Source: Phenylobacterium sp. (GTDB lineage Bacteria; Pseudomonadota; Alphaproteobacteria; Caulobacterales; Caulobacteraceae). Taken from it: 64,000 bases of DNA. This document shows positions 17,249 through 26,819 of the stretch, one piece after another; the first letter of the stretch is position 1; every line of letters begins with the position of its first letter. The notes beneath the pieces were generated by a model, which did no database searches, was not told the DNA's origin, and worked only from the letters and a program-made list of their open reading frames with translations. The DNA lies in NCBI RefSeq assembly GCF_046463815.1, contig NZ_JBKBRO010000019.1, positions 8,356 through 72,355 of the forward strand. The letters run 5' to 3'. Both the position numbers and the translations under genes were made by a program.

Positions 17249-17365
17249 TCCATCTCCCCCGCGACGCTTCAGCGTTTCTGCAACCATTCCGCGCCTAGTC
17301 AGAAGCCGTTTCGGGCCGGCGCGATTCCGTGCTTAGGACACGGTCGGGCGTTTTGGGATGGGGAA

Positions 17366-18697
17366 ATGGCGTCAGGCGTACAGGCGCGGGTGCTGATCGC
17401 GGCCGCGGACGATTCCACGGCCGGTCCCCTGGCCGAGGGATTGGATCGCCTGGGCTGGCGCACCGTGACGGCGCGGCGCCTGGCGGCCGCCGAGGCGGCC
17501 CTGGCCGACCTGCAGATCGAGGCCGCCATCGTGGACATGGCCAGTTTCGGCGCGGAGGCCGAGGCGGTCGCCGCGCGGCTTAAGACCGCCTGCGCCCCGC
17601 GGCGGATGCCCGTGGTGGCCATCGCCTCGCCGGATCCAGCGCTGGCGGACCTCGGTTTCGACCTCGCCATCGCCCCGCCGCTGCATCCGGCCCAGGCCGC
17701 GATGCGGCTGGAAACCCTCGTGCGGACAGCGGTTTCCGAGGAGGAGTTCGAGCTGCGGCTGGAGACCTTCGCCGATCGCGGCCTCGGCCTCGACCTGCCC
17801 AGGCCCGAAACCACCCCATTCCGCGTGCTGGCCATCGGCGAGCCGGCGCCCCAGTTCCTGGCGCTCTCCAACGCGCTGAGGCGGAACGGCGCCGATGTCG
17901 TCGGGGCCTTCACGGCCTTCACCGCCTTCGACTACCTGCACGAGCGGCCGTTCGACGCCGTCGTGCTCTGGGAAGGCGACAATCCCAACGAGGCGCTGTC
18001 GATCACCGGCGGCATGCGGCGCAACACCCGGCTCTACCACACCCCCGCCCTGCTCTACCTCCGGGCGGACGCCGGCACGACCAGCGCGGAGGCCTATCAT
18101 CGCGGCGTGACCGACGTTGCCAGCGCCGAGACCGCCGAGGACGAGACCGCGCGGCGGGTCGTCGAGCTGGCGCGGTCCCATCGCCGTCAGCGGGCCGTGC
18201 GAGAAGCGCTGGAGCAGGCGCGCAGGTCGGGTCTGATGGATGCGGCCACGGGCCTCTTCACCCGCGACCTGTTCGCCGAGCACCTGATGCGCCTGGCCAG
18301 GGCCGCACGGGCCCGCAACCGTCCCCTGAGCGTGTGCGTGCTCAAGGTGGCCGAGAAGCCCGATCTGCGCGCGCCTCGCGCTGGGGGCTGGATGTCCCGG
18401 GCGATTCCGCAGATCGGCTCGATGATCGGCCGCCTGGTCCGCGTCGAGGACACCGCCGCGCGCCTGGGGCCCGAGGTGTTCGCGCTCGCCCTCCCCGCCA
18501 CGCCGCTGCACGCCGGCCGGGCCGCGGGCGAGCGGATCGCCGCCGTCATCGGCTGCACCGCCTTCGAGGCGGGCGAAGGAAATCAGCCGTTCGTGGTGGA
18601 GTTCGACGTGGGCGCGGCCGAGATCACCTCGCCCGAGGGCGTGGGCCGGGCGCTGGAGGAGGCCGCCGCCGCGGCGGCGGGCCGCAAGGCGGGCTGA
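17366..18697 (+). CDS. PopA/PleD-architecture protein: REC-REC-degenerate GGDEF with intact I-site
   Basis: Trimmed to MASGVQARVLIAAADD. Two receiver-like domains, then DAATGLFTRDLF...RVEDTAARLGPEVFALAL. GPEVF replaces GG(D/E)EF, with RxxD five residues upstream. Confidence 0.8.
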   Translation: MASGVQARVLIAAADDSTAGPLAEGLDRLGWRTVTARRLAAAEAALADLQIEAAIVDMASFGAEAEAVAARLKTACAPRRMPVVAIASPDPALADLGFDLAIAPPLHPAQAAMRLETLVRTAVSEEEFELRLETFADRGLGLDLPRPETTPFRVLAIGEPAPQFLALSNALRRNGADVVGAFTAFTAFDYLHERPFDAVVLWEGDNPNEALSITGGMRRNTRLYHTPALLYLRADAGTTSAEAYHRGVTDVASAETAEDETARRVVELARSHRRQRAVREALEQARRSGLMDAATGLFTRDLFAEHLMRLARAARARNRPLSVCVLKVAEKPDLRAPRAGGWMSRAIPQIGSMIGRLVRVEDTAARLGPEVFALALPATPLHAGRAAGERIAAVIGCTAFEAGEGNQPFVVEFDVGAAEITSPEGVGRALEEAAAAAAGRKAG

Positions 18698-18699
18698 GA

Positions 18700-21600
18700 T
18701 CAGGCCGCCAGCTTGGCCAGTTCCCGCAGCACCTTCTCGGCGGCGTTCAGCCGCTGGACCGGGGTCTCCCACTCGCCCTTGACGACGACCTTGTGATCGG
18801 GCCGCAGCTTCCAGGCCATCTGGTTCTTGGCCAGGAACGGCAGCAGGTTCTCCGGCTTGGCGAACTGGTCGTTGCGGAAGGTGACGACGGCGCCCTTCGG
18901 CCCCACGTCGATCTTGGCGACGTTGGCCTCTCGGCACAGGCCCTTGATGGCCACGACCTTGAGGAGCTGGTCGGCCTCGGGCGGCAGCGGGCCGAAGCGG
19001 TCGATCAGCTCGGCGGCCAGGGCCTCCCGATCGTCCGACTTCTCGGCGTCCGAGATGCGCCGGTAGATGGCCAGCCGCACGTTGAGGTCGGGTATGTATT
19101 CCTCGGGCAGCAGGACGGCGGCGCCGGTGTTGATCTGCGGCGACCAGCCCCGGTCCAGGAGCTCGCCCTCGGCGCCCGCCCGCTCCTTCAGCTCGGCGAC
19201 GGCGTCCTCCAGCATCTGCTGGTAGAGCTCGACCCCGATCTCGCGGATGTGCCCCGACTGCTCCTCGCCCAGCAGATTGCCGCCGCCCCGGATGTCGAGG
19301 TCGTGGCTGGCGAGCTGGAAGCCTGCGCCCAGGTTGTCCAGCGATTGCAGCACCTTCAGCCGCTTCTCGGCCGACAGGGTGATCTGCTTCTCGGCCGGCG
19401 TCGTCAGGTAGGCGTAGGCCCGCGCCTTCGACCGCCCCACCCGGCCCCGGAGCTGGTAGAGCTGGGCCAGGCCGAACATGTCGGCGCGGTGGATGATCAG
19501 GGTATTGGCCGTCGGGATGTCGAGGCCGCTCTCCACGATGGTGGTCGACAAGAGCACGTCGTACTGACCGTCGTAGAAGGCGCTCATCACCTCCTCGAGC
19601 TGGGTCGGCGCCATCTGGCCGTGGCCGACGACGAATTTCACCTCCGGGACCTGCTCGCGCAGGAACCGCTCCAGCTCGGGCAGGTCGTTGATGCGCGGGG
19701 CCACGAAATACGCCTGGCCGCCGCGGTACTTCTCGCGCAGCAGGGCCTCGCGGATGACGACCGGGTCCCAGGGCGTGATGTAGGTCCGCACGGCCAGCCG
19801 GTCGACCGGCGGGGTGGCGATGATCGACATCTCGCGGATGCCCGACAGCGACATCTGCAGGGTGCGCGGGATCGGCGTGGCGGTCAGCGTCAGCATGTGC
19901 ACATCGGCCCGAAGCTCCTTGAGCTTCTCCTTGTGCTTGACCCCGAAGTGCTGCTCCTCGTCGACGATGACGAGGCCAAGGTCCTTGAACGAGACCTGCT
20001 TCGACAGCACCGCATGGGTGCCGACGACGATCTCCACCTCGCCCTTGGCCAGGCCCTCGCGGGTTTCGGCGGCCTCCTTGGCGCTGACCAGGCGCGACAG
20101 GCGGCGCACCCGCACCGGCCAGCCCTCGAAGCGCTCGGTGAAGGTCTTGTAGTGCTGGCGCGCCAGCAGGGTCGTGGGCGCGACCACGGCCACCTGCTGG
20201 CCGCTCATGGCGACCACGAAGGCGGCCCGCAGCGCCACCTCGGTCTTGCCGAAGCCCACGTCGCCGCAGATCAGGCGGTCCATCGGCTTGCCGCCGGACA
20301 GGTCCTCCAGCACGTCGCCGATGGCCATGAGCTGGTCCTCGGTCTCCTCGTAGGGGAACCGGGCGCAGAACTCGTCGAACACGCCGTGCGGCGGCTCCAC
20401 GGGGTCGGTCGTCTTGGTGGCGCGCTCGGCGGCGATGCGGATGAGGCCGTCGGCCATCGCCCGCAGGCGCTCCTTGGCGCGGGCCTTGCGCGCCTGCCAG
20501 GCCGCCCCGCCCAGGCGGTCGAGCTGCACGCCCTCGGAATCCGCGCCGTAGCGGGTGAGCAGGTCGATGTTCTCGACCGGCAGGTAGAGCTTGGCCTCGC
20601 CGCCGTACTGAAGCTCCAGGGTGTCGTGAGGCGCGCCCTGCACGTCCAGGGTCTTCAGGCCGTCGTACCGGCCGATGCCATGGTCGATGTGGACGACGAG
20701 ATCGCCAGGCGTCAGGGCCGAGGCCTCGGCCAGGAAGTTGGCCGCGCGGCGGCGCTTGCGCGGCCGGGCCAGGCGGTCGCCCAGGATGTCGGTCTCGGAG
20801 ATGACCGCCAGGTTGTCGGTCTCGAAGCCGTGGTCCAGCGGCAGGACCACGCGCTGCGGGGTCTTGGGATCGGCCGCCTTGGCCGCGTCCCAGTAGGGTG
20901 CGAACGGCAGGCTCTTCAGCCCGTGGTCGGCCAGCATGTGGCCCAGGCGGTCGGACGAGCCCTCGGACCACGAGGCGAAGAGGACGCGCTTGCCGCCCGC
21001 CGAGAGCGCCTTGGCGTGATCGACCGTCGCCTCGAAGAGGTTGACGCTGTCCAGCTTGCGCTCGGGACCGAAGTCGCGGCCTTGCCGGGCGCCCATGTCG
21101 AGCACCGCCTCGCCCTCGGCCTCCTGGAAGGCGGAGAACCGGCGCGTGGGGCGCTTGGCCAGCAGTTCGGACCACTCGGCCTCGTCGAGGTAGAGGCGCG
21201 TGGGCTCCAGCGGGTGGTACTGCACGCGCCGCTCGGCGGCCGTGCGGGCCTCGTAGGCGTCGCCGATCATCGCCAGGCGCTCGTCGCGGGCGTCGCGGGC
21301 CAGGTGGTCCAGGGCCACGACGGCATCGGGCGGGAGATAGTCGAACAGCGTCGCCATCTCGCCGTAGAACAGCGGCAGGTAGTGCTCCATGCCAGCCCGG
21401 CGGCCGCCCTCGGAGATCGCCGCGTAGAGCGGGTCGTCGCCCGGTGCGCCGAACGTTTCCAGATAGCCCGTGCGGAACCTGCTGATGGCGTCGGTGTCGA
21501 GCAGGGCTTCGCTGACCGGCAGCAGGCTCACGTCCTTGAGCTGGCGGGTGGAACGCTGGGTCTCGGGATCGAAGCCGCGGATGCTTTCCAGGGTGTCGCC

Positions 21601-22191
21601 GAACAGATCCAGGCGGACCGGCTCCTCGGCGGTCGGCGGGAAGACGTCGATGACGCCGCCGCGGATGGCGAACTCGCCCTTGTCCGAGACCGTCGAGGCC
21701 CGGCTGTAGCCGTTGACGGCGAAATAGCGCTCGAGGTCGGCGATCTCGACGCTGTTGCCGACCCGGGCCGAGTAGCTGGCCCGCTGGACCGCCTTCTTCG
21801 GCGGCACGCGCTGGATCAGCGCCGGCACGGAAGTGACCAGCAGCACCGGCGCCTTCGCGTCCAGGCCCTGGGCCAGGCGCGACAGCGTCGCCATCCGCTG
21901 GGCGGCGACGGCCGGCGACGGGCCGATCCGATCGTACGGCAGGCAGTCCCAGGCGGGGAACGGCAGGACCTCGACGCCCGGCGCGAAAAACCGGAAGGCG
22001 TCCGCGAAGGTCGAAAGCCGGGCGCCGTCGCGGGCCACGAACACCGAAAGGCCGCCGCGCGCCTTGACGATGTCGGCCATGGCGAGCGCGTCGAAGCCCT
22101 CGGGCGCGCCCACCAGGTCCAGGCGGCCGGGGTCGTCGGCGACGCGCCGAAGCTGCGCCGCGGTCACCGGACGCGATCCGTCAGCCGCCAC
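18700..22191 (-). CDS. mfd: transcription-repair coupling factor
   Basis: 1163-aa ORF with Walker A GDVGFGKTE, DEEQHFG box and Mfd-wide similarity. Confidence 0.97.
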   Translation of the reverse strand: MAADGSRPVTAAQLRRVADDPGRLDLVGAPEGFDALAMADIVKARGGLSVFVARDGARLSTFADAFRFFAPGVEVLPFPAWDCLPYDRIGPSPAVAAQRMATLSRLAQGLDAKAPVLLVTSVPALIQRVPPKKAVQRASYSARVGNSVEIADLERYFAVNGYSRASTVSDKGEFAIRGGVIDVFPPTAEEPVRLDLFGDTLESIRGFDPETQRSTRQLKDVSLLPVSEALLDTDAISRFRTGYLETFGAPGDDPLYAAISEGGRRAGMEHYLPLFYGEMATLFDYLPPDAVVALDHLARDARDERLAMIGDAYEARTAAERRVQYHPLEPTRLYLDEAEWSELLAKRPTRRFSAFQEAEGEAVLDMGARQGRDFGPERKLDSVNLFEATVDHAKALSAGGKRVLFASWSEGSSDRLGHMLADHGLKSLPFAPYWDAAKAADPKTPQRVVLPLDHGFETDNLAVISETDILGDRLARPRKRRRAANFLAEASALTPGDLVVHIDHGIGRYDGLKTLDVQGAPHDTLELQYGGEAKLYLPVENIDLLTRYGADSEGVQLDRLGGAAWQARKARAKERLRAMADGLIRIAAERATKTTDPVEPPHGVFDEFCARFPYEETEDQLMAIGDVLEDLSGGKPMDRLICGDVGFGKTEVALRAAFVVAMSGQQVAVVAPTTLLARQHYKTFTERFEGWPVRVRRLSRLVSAKEAAETREGLAKGEVEIVVGTHAVLSKQVSFKDLGLVIVDEEQHFGVKHKEKLKELRADVHMLTLTATPIPRTLQMSLSGIREMSIIATPPVDRLAVRTYITPWDPVVIREALLREKYRGGQAYFVAPRINDLPELERFLREQVPEVKFVVGHGQMAPTQLEEVMSAFYDGQYDVLLSTTIVESGLDIPTANTLIIHRADMFGLAQLYQLRGRVGRSKARAYAYLTTPAEKQITLSAEKRLKVLQSLDNLGAGFQLASHDLDIRGGGNLLGEEQSGHIREIGVELYQQMLEDAVAELKERAGAEGELLDRGWSPQINTGAAVLLPEEYIPDLNVRLAIYRRISDAEKSDDREALAAELIDRFGPLPPEADQLLKVVAIKGLCREANVAKIDVGPKGAVVTFRNDQFAKPENLLPFLAKNQMAWKLRPDHKVVVKGEWETPVQRLNAAEKVLRELAKLAA

Positions 22192-22468
22192 CGCGCATCC
22201 CCTTGGCGTAAACTTCGTCCCGGAAAGCCTTGAGCCGGTTCATCAATTCGCCGTCGAACTCGGGCGGGGTCGGCGTCATGCCGAGCATCCAGGCGTAGAG
22301 GTCCTGGTCCGGCTGCTCCAGCAGGGTCTCGAACCAATCCAGTTCGTCGGGCGTGAAGCCCGAGACGTGCTTGTCCGCGAACGGGCCCAGGATCAGGTCC
22401 GCTTCCCGGAAGCCGCGGCGCCAGGCGCGCAGCTTCAGCTTCTTCAGCCGTGCATCTTCGATCGTCAT
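22181..22468 (-). CDS. sdhE: FAD assembly factor SdhE (succinate dehydrogenase assembly factor 2, DUF339)
   Basis: 95-aa ORF; RAWRRGFREADLILGPF...LYAW pattern of the Sdh5/SdhE family. Lies immediately upstream of mfd. Confidence 0.85.
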   Translation of the reverse strand: MTIEDARLKKLKLRAWRRGFREADLILGPFADKHVSGFTPDELDWFETLLEQPDQDLYAWMLGMTPTPPEFDGELMNRLKAFRDEVYAKGMRGGG

Positions 22469-22527
22469 CTGAAGGTCGCGGATATAGAGCCCCCCTCGTC
22501 CGGGCGCCAGTATTGTAGGCTTCCGAT

Positions 22528-24603
22528 ATGCGGCCTGAGATTCTGTTCCCGCTTTTTGCGCCCGTGGACTCGCTGAAAGGCGTGGGTCCCCGCGTCGCGC
22601 CCCTGCTCCGGAAGCTGGCCGGCCCGCTGGTGCGCGACGTGCTGTGGCTGAAGCCGCACTCGGTGATCCGCCGCACGGCGGCCACCATCTCGCGCGCCGT
22701 GGACGGCGAGGTGATGACCTTCGAGGTCACCATCGAATCCTATCAGAAGCCCCGGGTGAAGACACAGCCGACCCGGGTCCGGGTCTTCGACCAGACCGGC
22801 TTCCTGTCCCTGGTCTTCTTCGGCAGCTACGGCGCCCAGCTCGAACAGCGCCACCCGGTGAATTCGAAGCGGATCGTTTCGGGCCGGGTGGAGGACAAGG
22901 GCTTCGGGCTCCAGATCGTCCATCCGGACTACATGCTCGCCCCCGACAAGGCGGCCGAAATTCCCGAGCTGGAGGCCGTGTATCCCGCCACCGAAGGCCT
23001 GCCGCCACGGCGGGTGCGGACCTTCGTCGAGGAAGCGCTGGAGCGCGCGCCAAACCTTCCCGAGTGGCAGGACCCCGCCTTCCTCCTCCAGGAGCGGTTC
23101 CCGACCTGGCGCGAGGCGCTGGAGCGGCTGCACCATCCCGAGAGCGAGGCGGACCTGTCCGAGCTGTCTCCGCACCGGCGCCGGCTGGCCTATGATGAAC
23201 TCCTGGCCCACCAGCTCGCCATGGCCCAGCGCAAGGCGGCCCGCCGCCGCGAACCGGCCGCCCGCATCGCTGCGAGTGAGATCGCCGGCAAGGTCCAGGC
23301 TGACCTGCCCTTCGCCTTCACCGGGGCCCAGACCCGCGCGCTTGCCGACATCCGCGCCGACCTGGCCGCGGGCGAGCGGATGAGCCGCCTGATCCAGGGG
23401 GACGTGGGCTCGGGCAAGACGGTCGTCGCCATGTGCGCCATGGCCGACGTGGCCGCGGCCGGCGGCCAGAGCGCCCTGATGGCTCCGACCGAGATCCTGG
23501 CCCGCCAGCATTACGAAACCCTCTCAGGCCCCCTCGCCGCCCACGGGATCGAGGCCGTCCTCCTGACCGGGCGCGACAAGGGCGCGGCGCGGCGCGAGAA
23601 GCTGGCGAAGCTCGCCTCGGGCGAGGCCAAGGTGGCGGTCGGCACCCATGCGCTGTTTCAGGACGATGTCGGGTTCCACCGGCTCCAGCTCGTGGTCATC
23701 GACGAGCAGCACCGCTTCGGGGTGGCCGAGCGCCAGCGGCTGCAGGCCAAGGGCGAGGCCGTCCACCTGATCGCCATGTCGGCGACCCCGATCCCCCGGA
23801 CGCTGGAGCTCACCGTCTACGGCGACCTCGACGTGAGCCGAATCGACGAGAAGCCGCCGGGCCGCACGCCGGTGGCGACCCGCGCGGCGCCGATGACCCG
23901 GGCGCATGAGGTGGAGGCCCGCCTCCGCGAAGCTGTCCAGGGCGGGGCCCAGGCCTTCTGGATCTGCCCGCTGGTTGCGGAATCCGAGGCCACCGACCTT
24001 GCCGCCGCCGAGCGCCGGGCCGCCGAGCTGACCGAGCGGATCGGCCCCGGCGTCGGCCTGATCCATGGCCGCCTGCCGCCCGCGGCCAAGGACGCGGTGA
24101 TGGCCGAGTTCGCCGAGGGTAGGCTTTCCGTCCTGGTCGCCACCACGGTCGTCGAGGTCGGCGTCAACGTGCCCAACGCCACCATCATGGTCATCGAACA
24201 GGCCGAACGCTTCGGCCTGGCCCAGCTCCACCAGCTCCGAGGGCGCGTGGGTCGGGGGCGGCGGGAGAGCGCCTGCGTCCTGCTCTACGACCCGCCGCTG
24301 TCCGAGACCGCCCAGCAGCGCCTCGACATCCTGCGCCGCACCGACGACGGCTTCGTCATCGCCGAGAAGGACCTGGAGCTGCGCGGCGGCGGCGACGTGC
24401 TGGGCCTGCGCCAGTCGGGGTTCCCGGACTACGCCTTCGCCGACCCCTTCGCCCACCGCGACCTGATCGCCGCGGCCGGCGACGACGCGCGCCTGATCGT
24501 GACGCGAGATCCCGAGCTCACGTCCGAGCGCGGCAAGGCCCTCCAGGTGCTTCAGGAGCTGTTCGACTGGAAGGCCGGCATGGCCCTCAAGGACGCGGGC
24601 TAG
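22528..24603 (+). CDS. recG: ATP-dependent DNA helicase RecG
   Basis: 691-aa ORF with GDVGSGKT, DEQHRFG and the RecG wedge/helicase layout. Confidence 0.96.
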   Translation: MRPEILFPLFAPVDSLKGVGPRVAPLLRKLAGPLVRDVLWLKPHSVIRRTAATISRAVDGEVMTFEVTIESYQKPRVKTQPTRVRVFDQTGFLSLVFFGSYGAQLEQRHPVNSKRIVSGRVEDKGFGLQIVHPDYMLAPDKAAEIPELEAVYPATEGLPPRRVRTFVEEALERAPNLPEWQDPAFLLQERFPTWREALERLHHPESEADLSELSPHRRRLAYDELLAHQLAMAQRKAARRREPAARIAASEIAGKVQADLPFAFTGAQTRALADIRADLAAGERMSRLIQGDVGSGKTVVAMCAMADVAAAGGQSALMAPTEILARQHYETLSGPLAAHGIEAVLLTGRDKGAARREKLAKLASGEAKVAVGTHALFQDDVGFHRLQLVVIDEQHRFGVAERQRLQAKGEAVHLIAMSATPIPRTLELTVYGDLDVSRIDEKPPGRTPVATRAAPMTRAHEVEARLREAVQGGAQAFWICPLVAESEATDLAAAERRAAELTERIGPGVGLIHGRLPPAAKDAVMAEFAEGRLSVLVATTVVEVGVNVPNATIMVIEQAERFGLAQLHQLRGRVGRGRRESACVLLYDPPLSETAQQRLDILRRTDDGFVIAEKDLELRGGGDVLGLRQSGFPDYAFADPFAHRDLIAAAGDDARLIVTRDPELTSERGKALQVLQELFDWKAGMALKDAG

Positions 24604-24702
24604 AGCACGATGGGGTCAGATGGAGTCATCTGACCGCTGAATCGTGCTCTAGATTCAAAAGTGTACAGCGCGTTCTGGCGGCGAAACCGCTCACACTTTC
24701 GC

Positions 24703-25815
24703 CTAACGCGCTCTAGCCGCCGTTCCGGCGACGTATGCCGCCAGGCGCGCCTTCGCGTCGGCCTCCAGGTCCGCGTAGAACAGGTTGAAGCCCGGAACCT
24801 TACGCCGGTCGACCCACGACCCGGTCTTGCGAAGCGCCGAGGACTTGGGCCGGGTGACGTGCAGCACCCCGCCCTTGCATTGGACCGCCACCTGCCGGGC
24901 CAGGAAGGCCGGCCGCGCGCCCCATTCCAGGCCCGTCGCATTGGCCGCACCCATGTGCAGGCGCGCCGGTGCGGGCGCGTCCGTCACCGCGCCCAGCACG
25001 GGATTAAAGCAGAGGGCGGGTCGGGGTTGGAGGTTCTCCAAGTCGCCGCGGGCGTTCCAGACCAGCGCGCGGTCCAGCTTGCGCTTGGCGGCGTCGAACT
25101 CGCCCTCGTAGACGCGGCTCCACGCGGCCAGGCACCCGGCCTCGTCGCGGCGGACGCATGGCTGCACGGGCGGATGGTCGGCGGGCGCGACGGTGTCGAT
25201 CAGATAGGCCGCGACAAGCCGCGGGCGCAGGGTCGGATCGCGCGCCACCTCCTGCTCCAGCAGGCGCAGCGCCAGCGTCCCGCCCTGCTCCACGCCCACG
25301 ATGAAGAACGGCCGGCCCCGGTTGTAGCGCTGGACGTAGGTCCGGAAGGCCTCCTGGACGTCGCCGTACGCGAACCGCCGCGCCTCGCGGGCGTCCTCGC
25401 GCAGGGTGAGCAGGCTATAGAGGCTGGCCTGCCGGTACCTGGGCGCATAGGTCCGCCCGACATTGACGAAGGGTCCCACATAGTTCGGGGCCATCACCTC
25501 GCGGAACTGGGCGTTGGATTTGGCGTCGTCGATCGGGGCGTTCCAGTCCCGGCCGCCGTCATAGGTGGTGGGCCCGACGAAGAAGATGTCCGCCGGCAGG
25601 TTCGCCCGGACGTGGTCGCGCGGCAGCAGCGCCCACGCGTCAGGCTTCGAATAGTCGGGCGCGGGGGGCGGCTCATAGGTCTGGAACGGGACCTTGGGAT
25701 CGAGTCCCGTCCGCACCAGGTCGCCCCAGTAGTAGCCCACGCCCGCGCCCACCAGCAGGACCAGCCCCAGGAGGGCCGCCACCAGCCACCGGGCGCGCGC
25801 CGCCGGCCCCGGCAT
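24703..25815 (-). CDS. DUF3089 (alpha/beta-hydrolase-like) protein
   Basis: Trimmed to MPGPAARARWLVAALLGLVLL (signal/anchor) with a conserved DUF3089-like body. The nucleophile-elbow position reads GVEQG (25282-25296). Confidence 0.7.
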   Translation of the reverse strand: MPGPAARARWLVAALLGLVLLVGAGVGYYWGDLVRTGLDPKVPFQTYEPPPAPDYSKPDAWALLPRDHVRANLPADIFFVGPTTYDGGRDWNAPIDDAKSNAQFREVMAPNYVGPFVNVGRTYAPRYRQASLYSLLTLREDAREARRFAYGDVQEAFRTYVQRYNRGRPFFIVGVEQGGTLALRLLEQEVARDPTLRPRLVAAYLIDTVAPADHPPVQPCVRRDEAGCLAAWSRVYEGEFDAAKRKLDRALVWNARGDLENLQPRPALCFNPVLGAVTDAPAPARLHMGAANATGLEWGARPAFLARQVAVQCKGGVLHVTRPKSSALRKTGSWVDRRKVPGFNLFYADLEADAKARLAAYVAGTAARAR

Positions 25816-25817
25816 GG

Positions 25818-26819
25818 TCAGCGATAGGGGTCCGGCTGGGCGAGATAGTTCGTCACGTAGTCCGTGATCCCCTCCTCCAGCGGCGTCATGGCGGCCGGGT
25901 AGCCGGCCTCGTAGAGGCGGTCCATCTGGGCCTGGGTGAAATACTGGTACTTGTCGCGGATCGCCGGCGGCATGGGCGTGTATTCGATCTGGGCGGGCTT
26001 GCCGGCCGCCTCGAAGACGCAGCGGGCCATCTCCTCGAAGGTCCGCGCCTGGCCCGAGCCCAGGTTGAAGACGCCGTTCACCTGGGGATTGTCGACCAGC
26101 CAGCGGGTGACGTCGGCGGCGTCGCGCACATAGACGAAGTCGCGCTTCTGGCCGCCGTCGGGCACGTCGGACCGGTAGCTCTTGAAAAGCTGCACCCCGT
26201 GGCCCTCGCGGACCTGCGGCCAGATCTGGGCCGCCACGGACTTCATGCTGTGCTTGTGCTCTTCGTTCGGCCCATAGACGTTGAAGAACTTCAGGCCCAC
26301 CCACTGCGGCGGAGCGTAGTCGCGGGCCGCCTGGCGCACGGCGAAGAGGTCGAACAACGCCTTCGACCAGCCATAGGTGTTGAGCGGCCGCAGCCTCGCC
26401 AGGGCCTCATAGCTATTATCGTCCACGAAGCCGTGCTCGCCCGCCCCGTAGGTCGCCGCCGAGGAGGCGTAGATCAGCCGCCGCTGGCGGTCCGCGCACC
26501 AGCGGAACAGGTCGCGGCTGAGCGTGAAGTTCGAGTGGATGATCTTGTCGGCGTCCGGCTCGGTCGTTGACGACACCGCCGCCATGTGGATCACCGCCTC
26601 CACGTCGCGCCAGCGCTTCTCCAGCCAGTCGAACATGTTCTCGGGGGCCACGAAGTCGCCGATCGGATGCTTGGCGATGTTGCGCCACTTGCCGAGCTCG
26701 GCCTCGCGCAGGCGGTCGCAGACCACGATGTCCAGCGTGCGGTCCTCGGCCAGCCTGGCCGCGATGTTCGAGCCGATGAAGCCCGCGCCGCCCGTGACGA
26801 AGACGATCCTGCGGTTCAT
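25818..26819 (-). CDS. hldD: ADP-L-glycero-D-manno-heptose 6-epimerase
   Basis: Starts MNRRIVFVTGGAGFIGSN; YGWSK catalytic motif. ATGA overlap with the hldE stop. Confidence 0.92.
   Translation of the reverse strand: MNRRIVFVTGGAGFIGSNIAARLAEDRTLDIVVCDRLREAELGKWRNIAKHPIGDFVAPENMFDWLEKRWRDVEAVIHMAAVSSTTEPDADKIIHSNFTLSRDLFRWCADRQRRLIYASSAATYGAGEHGFVDDNSYEALARLRPLNTYGWSKALFDLFAVRQAARDYAPPQWVGLKFFNVYGPNEEHKHSMKSVAAQIWPQVREGHGVQLFKSYRSDVPDGGQKRDFVYVRDAADVTRWLVDNPQVNGVFNLGSGQARTFEEMARCVFEAAGKPAQIEYTPMPPAIRDKYQYFTQAQMDRLYEAGYPAAMTPLEEGITDYVTNYLAQPDPYR

Noticed and set aside
17372-22233. Very long ORFs of 1267 aa (minus, 17372-21175) and 1299 aa (plus, 18334-22233).
   Set aside because: These are shadow frames of mfd and the PopA-like gene. 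Their products are Arg/Gly/Pro/Ala-rich low-complexity sequence typical of off-frame translation in GC-rich DNA. The mfd frame carries all the helicase motifs.
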